A stretch of DNA of 64,000 nucleotides, taken from contig CBDCDA010000001.1 of the NCBI GenBank assembly GCA_965215335.1, positions 768,001 through 832,000 on the forward strand. The letters are read 5' to 3'. The stretch comes from an uncultured Candidatus Entotheonella sp. (lineage in GTDB: Bacteria > Tectomicrobia > Entotheonellia > Entotheonellales > Entotheonellaceae). Below, one piece after another: positions 1 through 9,296 of this stretch (positions within the stretch are counted from its first letter, which is position 1; each line of letters begins with the position of its first letter). A model generated the notes under the pieces. That model had not been told where the DNA came from. It searched no databases and worked only from the letters and a program-made list of their open reading frames with translations. The position numbers and the translations under genes were made by a program.

Positions 1-333
1 CCGGGCGCTGGACGACCGGACATCGAGCAAGCGCTGGAGCAGTTGGTTGATCCGTTGACTCGCGGCGACCCGCAGTCGCCGTTGAGGTGGACGTGCAAGA
101 GCAAAGCAAAGCTCACCACGGCGCTGTCGAAGGCTGGCTGGAAGGTCAGTTCGACGACGGTGGGCCGTTTACTGCATGAGCTCGGCTATCGCCTGCAATC
201 GGTACGCAAGACATGACATGGGAGGCAACGAAGCACGGGTCAGTCTGTCGCTCCATCGCAACGCGTTCCACGGCGACTGGAACCATGAATTACACCCACG
301 ATGAAGTTGGAAACCTGAATTCGATCAAAGTCC
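1..333 (+). mobile_element. ISAzo13-family IS remnant (3' part, three internal deletions)
   Basis: Colinear with the reverse complement of the intact element at 27777-29061 (DPLTRGDPQSPLRWTCKS, LHRNAFHGDWN). Ends in an IR-like GATCAAAGTCC followed by TTA. Confidence 0.85.
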
Positions 334-402
334 TTAGTGGGCAGGAAGGATACTGGGCAAAGCGATCAAATGCAATCAACCACGTGAGCAGAAAGAGACA
401 CC

Positions 403-2216
403 ATGGAATACCGCCAACTAGGTTCAGGACTCATAACCAGAAGATGACCGTGGCAGCAATACAGATGGCGCTGTAGAAAGTGTGCGCACAGCGATCATAG
501 CGTGTGGCGATACGGCGCCAATCCTTGAGGCGACCGAACAGGCGCTCGATGAGATTACGGCTCTTGTAAAGCTCCGTGTCGTAGACAATCGGCTCTTTAC
601 GATTGGCACGGCCTGGAATACAGGGCTTGATCTTGCGCTCGGCAAGCGCCTTGCGCAGCCGGTTGCTGTCATAACCCTTGTCGGCAATCAGCACGTCGGC
701 CTCCGGCAATGCGGGCAGCGCCATGTCTGCCCCGCGATAGTCGCTGACCTGGCCCGCAGTCAACACCATGACGACGGGCTTGCCGTCGCCGTCGCAGACG
801 GCGTGAAGTTTCGAGTTGAGGCCGCCTCGGGTACGCCCGATATGGCGCGGAAAAGCCCCCCCTCGAGCAGGCTGGCAGCGGTGCGATGCGCCTTGAGATG
901 CGTGCTGTCGATCATGACGGTCTCGGTGGCCGTGCTGTCGGCGGCCAGGGTTTGGAAGATGCGGTCGAAGACACCGGCCTTGCTCCAGCGCACGAAGCGG
1001 TTGTAGAGCGTCTTGTGGGGACCGTAGCAGGCGGGCGCGTGGCGCCACATCAGACCGTATCGAATGACGTGGATGATGCCGCTGATGACCTTTCGGTCAT
1101 CGACGCGCGGGACGCCGCGCACCTTGTTGGGTAGCAGGGGTTGGAGTCGGGCAAACTGCGCATCGGAGAGCCAGAAGTGATGATCGGGCATGATGAACCT
1201 CCCCATGGAGTCAGGGTCTTGAATCCGATATGTTCAATGATAACCCTTTATAGGTCCTGAGCCTAGGTCCGGCCGGTGTGCGGGTATCGGTCATCGGGCT
1301 GGGCACCAATCGCTTCGGCGACGAGGTGCTGCCGCAAAACGAGGTCAACCGGCTCATTGACGCAGCGCTGGACTTGGGCATCAACTTCATCGACTCGGCG
1401 GACATCTATCCGGCGCATGGCGGAATTCGGAACACGGGCAAAGCGGAGAAGACACTGGGCAAGGCGCTCGAGGGCCGTTGGGACAAGTTCGTCGTCGCCA
1501 CCAAATTCGTCATCTCCACTGGCGACGGCACCAACGACCGCGGGGCGTCGCGCTATCACATGATGCACCAAGTAGAAAAAAGCCTGAAGCGCTTGAAGAA
1601 CGACTCCATCGATCTGTATTACGTGCATCGCTGGGACCCGCAGACGCCGGTGGAGGAAACGCTGCGCGGACTGGACGACCTGGTGCGCCTGGGCAAGGTG
1701 AGGTACATCGGCTGCTCGGACTTCGCGGCCTGGCAACTGGCCAGAGCGAACGCCATCGCCGAGCTGCGCGGCTGGTCGCCCTTCGTGGCCATTCAGTCCG
1801 AATACCAACTGCTGGAACGCTATGTGGAACGCGAGGTGCTGCCCTACTGCCAAGCGCACAACGTCGGCTTCGTGCCCTACTATCCGCTGGCCGGCGGCTT
1901 TCTGACCGGCAAGTACCGGCGCGGCGAACCGGCGCCGGCAGGCTCGCGCGGAGAATTCAGCACACAGGTGCAGAAATACATGAAGGACGCCTATTACGAC
2001 ACCGTGGAACGCCTGCAATCCTGGGTGGAAACGCGTGGGCACGGCCTGAACGAGCTGGCACAGGCGTGGCTGCTGGCGCAGCCGCAAGTGTGTTCGGTGA
2101 TCACCGGCGCCACACGTCTGGAACACGTGCTGAGCAACGTCAAGGCTGCCGAGTGGAAACTGAGCGCTGCGGAAGTCGCCGAGGTCAACGCCCTGTTGGA
2201 GTCTCCATCGGAGTAA
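403..2216 (+). pseudogene. Aldo/keto reductase split by an IS5/IS427 insertion after codon 6
   Basis: ATG GAA TAC CGC CAA CTA at 403-420 joins in frame to GGT CCG GCC GGT GTG CGG after the IS, giving MEYRQLGPAGVRVSVIGLGTN. AKR motifs DSADIY, DLYYVH, GKVRYIGCS, PLAGGFLTGKY in ORF 1278-2216. Confidence 0.9.
421..1263 (-). mobile_element. IS5 family (IS427 group) element, copy 1; orfA 760-1206 and orfB 431-~860 joined by a -1 frameshift
   Basis: IRs GGTTCAGGAC/GGCTCAGGAC. CTAG at 418-421 and 1263-1266. DDE motifs IDSTHLKAH, ADKGYDS, RNLIERLFGRLKDWRR. Confidence 0.95.
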
Positions 2217-2630
2217 GCCCGGATGCTCAGGTCGCGGGGCCGGCGCTCCTGGGCGTCACTGAGGGCCTTCATGTGGGTCTCGAAACCGTGCATCAGCGTG
2301 ACACCCTCGCGCTCGACCAGATCCAGGCAGGCGGGCGCATCGAAGGTGGGCATGACGACCTGCTTGGTGCCGGTGAGCATAGACGTCAGAGCGCCCTCGG
2401 AATAGCCGGATGAAGAGCCAATCGTCACAGTTGTTGAGCCACAGGCAGACGTGATCCCCAAGGCGCACGCCGAGGGCGATCAATGCCTTGGCGGCGCGGT
2501 CGACCTCCGTTGCCACCTCGGCAAAGGTGAATCGTCGCGCCTCGAAAACCAACGCTTCCCGGCGCGGCAGCTTGTGCGCCATGCCGTCGGGCAGGCTGCC
2601 GAGGGTCCGTTTCTCATACCAATCGGCCAT
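2217..2630 (-). pseudogene. AMP-binding (acyl-CoA synthetase-like) remnant, internally deleted and truncated
   Basis: N-terminus MADWYEKRTLG...FTFAEVATEVDRAAKALIALGVRLGDHVCLWLNN jumps to a mid-protein segment (QVVMPTFDAPACLDLVEREGVTLMHGFETH). The AMP-binding motif and C-terminus are absent. Confidence 0.75.
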
Positions 2631-2730
2631 CGCAGGACTCCTTCCAGGTCTCGCCACGCCAAGTCCGGGTCGCCAAACCGGGGCACTGTATCACGTCCGC
2701 GGGCCACCGCCTCAATCCCCCCATCCCGCC

Positions 2731-2760
2731 TTGACCCCGCTCCGGGGCCGGACCTACACT
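2731..2760 (+). promoter_or_regulatory. Putative sigma70 promoter of the MFS gene
   Basis: TTGACC-18 bp-TACACT about 50 bp upstream of ATG 2810. Confidence 0.4.
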
Positions 2761-2809
2761 GCCGGAAGCTCGTTACTCGCTACACAACCCTTGGCCGTCC
2801 GGGGGTTCA

Positions 2810-4063
2810 ATGACCTCCGAGCCGTATCCCTCAGGCCCGTTCCGGGCGTTCCGATACCGTCATTACCCCTTTCTGTGGCTGGCCAATTTCTTTTCCTACA
2901 CCTCGCGCTGGATGCAGGTGCCGCTGCTCGTCTGGATGATCCTCGAACTCACGGACTCGCCGTGGCTGGTATCGCTGGTGGGCTTCTTCAGCATGCTGCC
3001 CACCCTGCTGCTGGGCCTGGTCGGCGGCGTGCTGGTTGACAGGGTCGAACGCCGCCGCTTGATGACGATTACCCAAGGCATCTCGGTACTGGCGAGTTGC
3101 GCCCTCGCCTTCCTGATGCTGACCGACACCGTGCGAGTGTGGCACGCCTACGCCGCCGTGCTGGTCACCGGGGCATGCTGGGCGCTGAGCTTCCCGGCGC
3201 GGCGGGCGGCGATCTTCGACCTGGTTGGGCCAGCAGGGGTGACCAACGCCATTGCGTTGGACGCGATCGGCATGAACGGCAGCCGCATGGTCGGGCCAGG
3301 CGTGGCCGGGCTGCTCATCGGCCTGACGGGCGTAGCGGGCGGCGCCGTCGCGGTGACGGTGTGCTACGCGCTGAGCTACGTGTTCTTGCTGCCCTTCCCC
3401 CCCGGTGCCGGACAGCCTCGCACGGCAGCACGGCAGTCGGTGATGCGCAATCTCGTCGAAGGCATCGCCTACGTGCGCAGCAACCCCGTCATCCTGGCCA
3501 CGGTACTCGTCACCCTGATCATCAACCTGCTGATGTTCCCCTACGTGCCGATGGTGACGGTGGTGGCGCGCGACGTGCTGCACGTCGGACCGACCTTGAT
3601 CGGCACCTTGCAGGCGGCGGAAGGGCTAGGCTCGTCGGTCGGCGCCTCGCTCATCGCCCTGGCGGTCGGGTTGCGGTACCATGGACGGGTCTACGTGGGC
3701 GGCTCGCTCCTGTCGCTGCTGGCGTTGTTCGCCTTCTCGGTGTCGCAATGGTACGTCGTATCGTTCCCGGTGCTGTTTCTGCTGGGGCTAGGCATGGCGG
3801 GCTTCGCCACCATGCAATCGGCGCTGGTCCTGATCCTCGCCAAGGACGACATGCGCGGCCGGGCACTCGGCGTCATCAGTCTGGCGATCGGCGCCGGCCC
3901 GGTGGGGTCGCTGCTGATCGGTGCGGTGGCGGACAACGTCAGTCCAGTCTTTGCCATACGGATATTTGCGCTGACGGGGATTATGGTGCTGTCGGTGGCA
4001 GTGCTGGTATTGCCGAGGATCATGGACGCCACGCGAGAGATACTGAGCAGCGAGCGCCGGTAA
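2810..4063 (+). CDS. MFS transporter
   Basis: 417 aa, about 12 hydrophobic helices, motif A-like GVLVDRVERRR, C-terminal DDMRGRALG. Confidence 0.92.
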   Translation: MTSEPYPSGPFRAFRYRHYPFLWLANFFSYTSRWMQVPLLVWMILELTDSPWLVSLVGFFSMLPTLLLGLVGGVLVDRVERRRLMTITQGISVLASCALAFLMLTDTVRVWHAYAAVLVTGACWALSFPARRAAIFDLVGPAGVTNAIALDAIGMNGSRMVGPGVAGLLIGLTGVAGGAVAVTVCYALSYVFLLPFPPGAGQPRTAARQSVMRNLVEGIAYVRSNPVILATVLVTLIINLLMFPYVPMVTVVARDVLHVGPTLIGTLQAAEGLGSSVGASLIALAVGLRYHGRVYVGGSLLSLLALFAFSVSQWYVVSFPVLFLLGLGMAGFATMQSALVLILAKDDMRGRALGVISLAIGAGPVGSLLIGAVADNVSPVFAIRIFALTGIMVLSVAVLVLPRIMDATREILSSERR

Positions 4064-4078
4064 GGAACCGAGCGAGTT

Positions 4079-5017
4079 TCAAGCCTTCTCGCCGATTTCA
4101 CCGCTCGCCTGCATCTCCATCGGCAACAAACTGTGGTAAATGAAGGCGTGCAACGGCGTGACAACACCGACCTGCTCGCCCAGGCGCACCAGTGCCCCGG
4201 CCTGCGCGTCCAGTTCCGAGGGGCGGCCCTCCATGACGTCGCGCTGCAATGAGGTCGTGGCACCAGCGGGCAAACTATCCAGCAAAGCGCTACTGCGTTG
4301 CAGGGCATCCGCCGGCATAGCGATTCCCTGCGTCTTGGCGACGGCCAACACTTCACGACCGGCCTGATCGATCATGCCCCGAGCCTGCGGTAGTCGGCGC
4401 AGCACGCCCGCGGGCACGCGAGACACAGCCCCAACGATGCCCCAGCGCAGCACCAGGAATTTTTCCCATAACGGCACGCGGATGTCTGGCGCGATGGTGG
4501 CCGTGATGCCAGCCTGCTGCAGGGCGGCCTGAACGCCACCCAACCGACCCGTCTGGTCCGGTTGCAAAGCGCCAAACGTCACCGAGGGATCAATACCGAT
4601 GTGGCGGATACGACCCGGCACCGTGATGAAACTGTAGATGGCGCACAGGCCGCCCAGCACGGGCTCCGGGCCCAGGACCTTCGCCAACTGCGAGGACGCC
4701 TCCAGACCGTTTTGCAAGGGCAGCACCAGCGTGTCCGGCCCGAGCATCGGACCGAGACGGGCAACGGTTTCGGGGACTTGCCAAGCCTTCACGCCCATGA
4801 TGACGAGATCGACGGCGCCCAGGTCTTCGGGGGCACCGGTAGCCTGCACGGGCGAGACGGCGAAATCGCCGTTGATGCTTTCCACCCGCAACCCCTCTTG
4901 CAGCATGGCCTTCAGGTGCTCGCCACGGGCAACAAAGGTCACGTCGTGACCGGCCTGCGCCAACCGGCCGCCGAAATAGCCGCCGACACCCCCGGCACCC
5001 ACCACCGCGATACGCAT
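4079..5017 (-). CDS. panE: 2-dehydropantoate 2-reductase (ketopantoate reductase family)
   Basis: MRIAVVGAGGVGGYFG, GVKAWQ, LQNGL, LWEKF, TSLQRDVMEGRPSELD motifs. Confidence 0.9.
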   Translation of the reverse strand: MRIAVVGAGGVGGYFGGRLAQAGHDVTFVARGEHLKAMLQEGLRVESINGDFAVSPVQATGAPEDLGAVDLVIMGVKAWQVPETVARLGPMLGPDTLVLPLQNGLEASSQLAKVLGPEPVLGGLCAIYSFITVPGRIRHIGIDPSVTFGALQPDQTGRLGGVQAALQQAGITATIAPDIRVPLWEKFLVLRWGIVGAVSRVPAGVLRRLPQARGMIDQAGREVLAVAKTQGIAMPADALQRSSALLDSLPAGATTSLQRDVMEGRPSELDAQAGALVRLGEQVGVVTPLHAFIYHSLLPMEMQASGEIGEKA

Positions 5018-5099
5018 GCGTTGACTCCCTATTTTCCCTGCCGAACCATTGGGCAGACGGTCGCCCGGTATTGCGCTTGACTGAACCTCAAAAATACCC

Positions 5100-5520
5100 T
5101 TGCTCCAGCACCTTGTCCGTCCTCTGGGACGGTGTCGTCAGTCATACGCTGAATCTTATCGATCATTCTCTGGAACACATCGGTATGGTATCTCGCTGAA
5201 TCGAGAAAATTTACATATTCGTGGCGCCGTTTGCGTCTGGCACCTGCACTTCTGTACTCCTGTCGGGTGTTCGAGGGCATCCGCTTGGCCTTGCGGACGA
5301 TAAAAACATCGTCGATATACGTTGATGTAATTGACACTGTAGTCATGTCGAGAAATTCACAAACAACGATTCGTTATGTCTACCAGTCGTTGGACAGTGT
5401 TCTTCCGTTCAGGTGTGACGGCTTCCATCTCCCGAATCCAGTTGTGATACTTCGAAAGTGCTTCCTCAACCCGGGGTCTGTCAGCAACGGGAAGGCGAGG
5501 ATTTCGCAATAGAACTGAAA
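5100..5520 (-). pseudogene. Restriction endonuclease remnant resembling the Bpu10I family; central part deleted
   Basis: N-terminal LLRNPRLPVADRPRVEEALSKYHNWI and C-terminal IDDVFIVRKAKRMPSNTR segments are recognised from memory of the family. Lower GC; directly downstream of a methyltransferase remnant. Confidence 0.5.
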
Positions 5521-5990
5521 CCGTTGAATATCGGCGCTCCATTGATCTCGTTGACGCGCCTGATAGCTTCTGACAGAAGGTGTTGGTTTTTCTCCGGCGC
5601 ACCAGACGATACTGCAACAAGCGTTTTCTGAGCGACCCTTCTTCCCACATCGCAAGGAAGTGTTCCATCCCCATTCCAAGCTGTCCTGACGAAATTGAGA
5701 ATATCTTCTCGAATGGCATTCCCGAAACGATTCATGAAAATTCTCTTTTGACGAAGCGCGACGTCAAACATTTGTAATTCTGTGGCGATTCGCTCAATGA
5801 CGTCGGCATTGTAGAAAGGCGTTCCAAGAACCTGTGACTCGTAACCGACGACGATGGCTGCACGGCCATCGGGTTTAAGGACTCTTGCCAGTTCCCGAAG
5901 CGCTGCCGTCATGTCAATGCAGTAGCTGGATGACCGTATAGAATCTATTGCCTCGGTTGGCTCGGTTGGAACCGATCTCTGACCTCGCGT
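5481..5990 (-). pseudogene. Site-specific DNA methyltransferase, C-terminal remnant with frameshift
   Basis: SEIGSNRANRGNRFYTVIQ / YCIDMTAALRELARVLKPDGRAAIVVG with a one-base shift near 5926. The N-terminus is missing. Confidence 0.7.
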
Positions 5991-6051
5991 CAGAACGGCT
6001 CTTGTCTTCGATATTGAGCAGTTTTTGCGGCAGGGGTCTGGCAAAATCGTT

Positions 6052-6921
6052 TCAGGCTGGAAATTGCCCGAGTTGCTTGTGAACCAGTTCGGCGTCAGGG
6101 TCGTACAGCGAGTCCACAATGGAAAAGTGGTCGAGGTCATCGGGCACGATGACCTCGGTGGGAGCGCCGCGGGCGCGCCAGAGGTCGGCCATCAGGCGGG
6201 TCTGGCGGTGGTATTCCTCGGACTCGTCGGCGCCCACGACGAGGAGCAGGGGCGCCTGGGTGGCGTATGACTGGCGTACCGGCGAGTTGCGGGCCGCCAT
6301 TTCCGGGGTCATGCGCAGCGTGTCGTTCAGGTAGGAACGCTGGATCGGATCGAGGTCGAACAGGCCGCTGATGGCGCAGACGCCTTTCACGGCATCCGGC
6401 GGGAGGCCGGGCGCAAACGCCGGCCAGTCGGTAGCGAGCATCATGCACGCCAGGTGGCCGCCTGCCGAGTGGCCGCAGACGTAGATGCGGTCCGGGTCGC
6501 CGCCATACGCCGCGGCGTGACGATACAGCCAGGCAATGGCCTCGCGGTTCTGGCGCACGATCTCGTCCATGTCCACCGTGGGTGCCAGGTCGTAATTGTT
6601 GATCACCGTCATGACGCCGTGCGGCCGCATGCCCGGCGCCACGTAGCTGCAGTCGGACTTGTCCAGCGAGTACCAATAGCCGCCGTGTACGAACACGTAG
6701 ACCGGCGTGCCCTGGCCCTCGGCCGGGAAGATGTCGATGGCCTCCTTGCGGCGTGGCCCGAAGGCCACGTCGAGATGCCCCTCCAGCATGGCGCGCGTCC
6801 TGGCGCTGAGCTCGCTCCAGGCGTTGAAGCGTTCCTTGTAGTCCGGGAAGCGCTGGCGGTTGTTGTACTGGACGTCGAGGGCTTGTTGATCCAGATCACG
6901 GTACACGAGCGGTGCGGACAT
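6052..6921 (-). CDS. Alpha/beta hydrolase (arylformamidase/esterase-like)
   Basis: HGGYW, GHSAGGHL nucleophile elbow, ISGLFDL, DHFSI. RBS GGAGGA before ATG 6921. Confidence 0.88.
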   Translation of the reverse strand: MSAPLVYRDLDQQALDVQYNNRQRFPDYKERFNAWSELSARTRAMLEGHLDVAFGPRRKEAIDIFPAEGQGTPVYVFVHGGYWYSLDKSDCSYVAPGMRPHGVMTVINNYDLAPTVDMDEIVRQNREAIAWLYRHAAAYGGDPDRIYVCGHSAGGHLACMMLATDWPAFAPGLPPDAVKGVCAISGLFDLDPIQRSYLNDTLRMTPEMAARNSPVRQSYATQAPLLLVVGADESEEYHRQTRLMADLWRARGAPTEVIVPDDLDHFSIVDSLYDPDAELVHKQLGQFPA

Positions 6922-6949
6922 CGTTCCTCCTCCGGTGCCGGCGCTTGTC

Positions 6950-7414
6950 TCAAGCGCCGGCGGGTTGTTGCAGCCGCTCGCTGATTCGCTGCTTATGTCC
7001 CGGCGTCGGCATGGCGGAACCGTCCGCCCGGATGGTGGCGTAGGTCGCCGGGCTGGTGAGTTCGAGCAGTTCGAGGTCCGCGGAATAGTCGCGCAATTCG
7101 TGCAGCAGGTCGCCCGGCACGGTGACGGCATCGCCTTCGCGATAGACGAGTTCCTCGTCGCGGTCGGCGTAATAGAAACTCACCCAACCCTTGAGCACCA
7201 GGGCGAACTGCATGTCAACGACGTGCCGGTGCAGGCCGTTGTGGCCGCCGTTCAGATGCCTGGCCTTGATCACGTGGGCATGAAAATTGCCGCCGGTGGC
7301 GTCGGCGAGGCCGAGGTCGCGGTAGACGAATTCCTCCCGCAGCCCGTCCGTCTCGTACTCGGCGCCGGCGGCGCGACTGACCACCAGTCGATAGTTCTTG
7401 CTCTCCTGCGACAT
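6950..7414 (-). CDS. Cupin domain protein
   Basis: HRH...QFALVLKGWVSF...GDAVTVPGDLLHE cupin motifs. RBS GGAGG. Confidence 0.85.
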   Translation of the reverse strand: MSQESKNYRLVVSRAAGAEYETDGLREEFVYRDLGLADATGGNFHAHVIKARHLNGGHNGLHRHVVDMQFALVLKGWVSFYYADRDEELVYREGDAVTVPGDLLHELRDYSADLELLELTSPATYATIRADGSAMPTPGHKQRISERLQQPAGA

Positions 7415-7432
7415 GATGCCCTCCTTGCGAAC

Positions 7433-7930
7433 TCAATCGATGATCTTGTTCAGCGGGTATTCGACGATGCCGCTCGCCCCCGCGTCCTTCAGACGCGGGA
7501 TGAAGTCGCGCACCACCGACTCGTCAATGACCGTGTTGACCGCCACCCAGCCGCCGTTGGCCAGCGACGAGACGGTCGGCTTTTGCAGTGCCGGCAACGC
7601 CTTGAGCACCTCGCCGAGGTGCCTTTCGGGCACGTTCATCATCAGCCCCACCTTGCCCTCGGCGGCGATGGCGCCGCGCAGCATGAGGGTGATGTTCTCG
7701 ATCTTCTTGCGCTTCCAGCCATCCTGCCAGGCCGCGGTGTTGGCGATCAGGCGCGGCGTGCTGACGAGAATGGTGTCCACAACGCGCAAGTCGTTGGCGC
7801 GCAGCGAGCTGCCGGTCTCGGTGACCTCGACGATGGCGTCGGCGAGATGCGGCGGCTTGACCTCGGTGGCGCCCCAGGAAAATTCCACGTGCGCCTGCAC
7901 GCCGTGACGCTTCAGGTAATCCGTGGTGAG
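7433..7930 (-). pseudogene. hisG: ATP phosphoribosyltransferase (long form), 5' part missing
   Basis: [32 protein letters not shown] plus the regulatory C-terminal domain. Sequence upstream of ~7930 is unrelated. Confidence 0.88.
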
Positions 7931-8291
7931 GATGATCGGAACCATCATCGTCAAGCCGAAGCCGTAACCGCCCCCCCTGCACGTGCCGGCACGTATTTTC
8001 TCTTGACTCGCCAGTCCAAACGGTTCTACTCCCGCTGTCACGAACGAAAGGTGCAGAACGTGACGAAAAAAAACACTTTCAGAATGACGAGGCGTTCGCC
8101 CGCCGATGAGCCTCGCCATCTGCAACTGCTTCCTGCGGAAAGACGAACCTGCCTCGTCGCTCAAGGTCGACAAGTACCACGATTCGGCCGAGTCGGATTG
8201 ACGGGCCGGGACATGTAACGATGGCGTCGCTGGGGGAGAATCGCTAATGCCTCCTGCCGCCGGAACGGATGAATCTCGGTGAGGTCCGTCG

Positions 8292-9250
8292 ATGAAACGT
8301 CGAAACAGGGTGCTGGTGACCGGCGGGGCGGGGTTTCTCGGCTCTCACCTGTGCGACCGGCTGCTGGCGGAGAACAACGAGGTCCTTTGTGCCGACAATT
8401 ACCTCACCGGGTCTTCGGGACAACGTCGCCGCAGCGTTGTCGAACCCGAATTTCGAGGCCATCAGGCACGACATCACCTTTCCGCTCTATGTCGAGGTCG
8501 ACCAGATCTACAATCTGGCCTGCCCGGCGTCGCCGCTTCACTATCAGTTCGATCCGGTGCAGACGACCAAGGTCAGCGTATACGGCGCGATCAACCTGTT
8601 GGGACTCGCCAAGCGGGTACGGGCGCCCATTCCCCAAGCCTCGACCAGCGAGGTGTACGGCGACCCCGGCGTTCATCCGCAGACCGAGGACTATTGGGGC
8701 AACGTCAACCTGGTCGGGCCGCGCGCCTGCTACGACGAGGGCAAGCGCTGCGCCGAAACGTTGTTCTTCGACTACCAGCGGCCAGCACGACCTGCAGATC
8801 AAGGTGGCGCGCATCTTCAATACCTACGGGCCGCGCATGGCTGCTGGCGATAGCCGCGTGGTGTCGGCCTTCGTGGTGCAGGCGCTGCGCGGCGAGCCGC
8901 TGACCGTCCACGGCGACGGTGAGCAGACGCGGTCTTTCTGCTATGTCGCCGACCTGGTCGACGGTCTGGTGCGGCTGATGAACACGCCCCCCGAGGTTAC
9001 CGGACCGGTCAACCTCGGCAGAACGGAGGAGGTCACCATCCGTGAGCTCGCCGATGCGGTGCTTCGCCTGACTGGCTCGAAATCGACAATCGTCCACGTG
9101 GAGGCAGTGGAAGACGATCCGCGTCGGCGGCGACCCGACATCACGAAGGCCGGAACCATCCTTGGCTGGACGCCGACCACGCCACTTGAAGCCGGACTCC
9201 GGAAAACGATAGACTATTTCGACCATCTGCTGAGGTCGGCCCGCCGGTAG
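8292..9250 (+). pseudogene. UDP-glucuronate decarboxylase (UDP-xylose synthase) with two frameshifts
   Basis: [14 protein letters not shown] / [25 protein letters not shown] / [11 protein letters not shown] lie in three successive frames (shifts near 8412 and 8780). Sequencing error cannot be excluded. Confidence 0.88.
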
Positions 9251-9296
9251 TGGTCTTCGGGTGCACGATGGGGACGGGATCAGCGGAGCGCAGGTC

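Noticed and set aside
7930..8173. N-terminus of hisG as given in the ORF track
   Set aside because: Non-homologous open frame that lacks the PKG motif; chance read-through.
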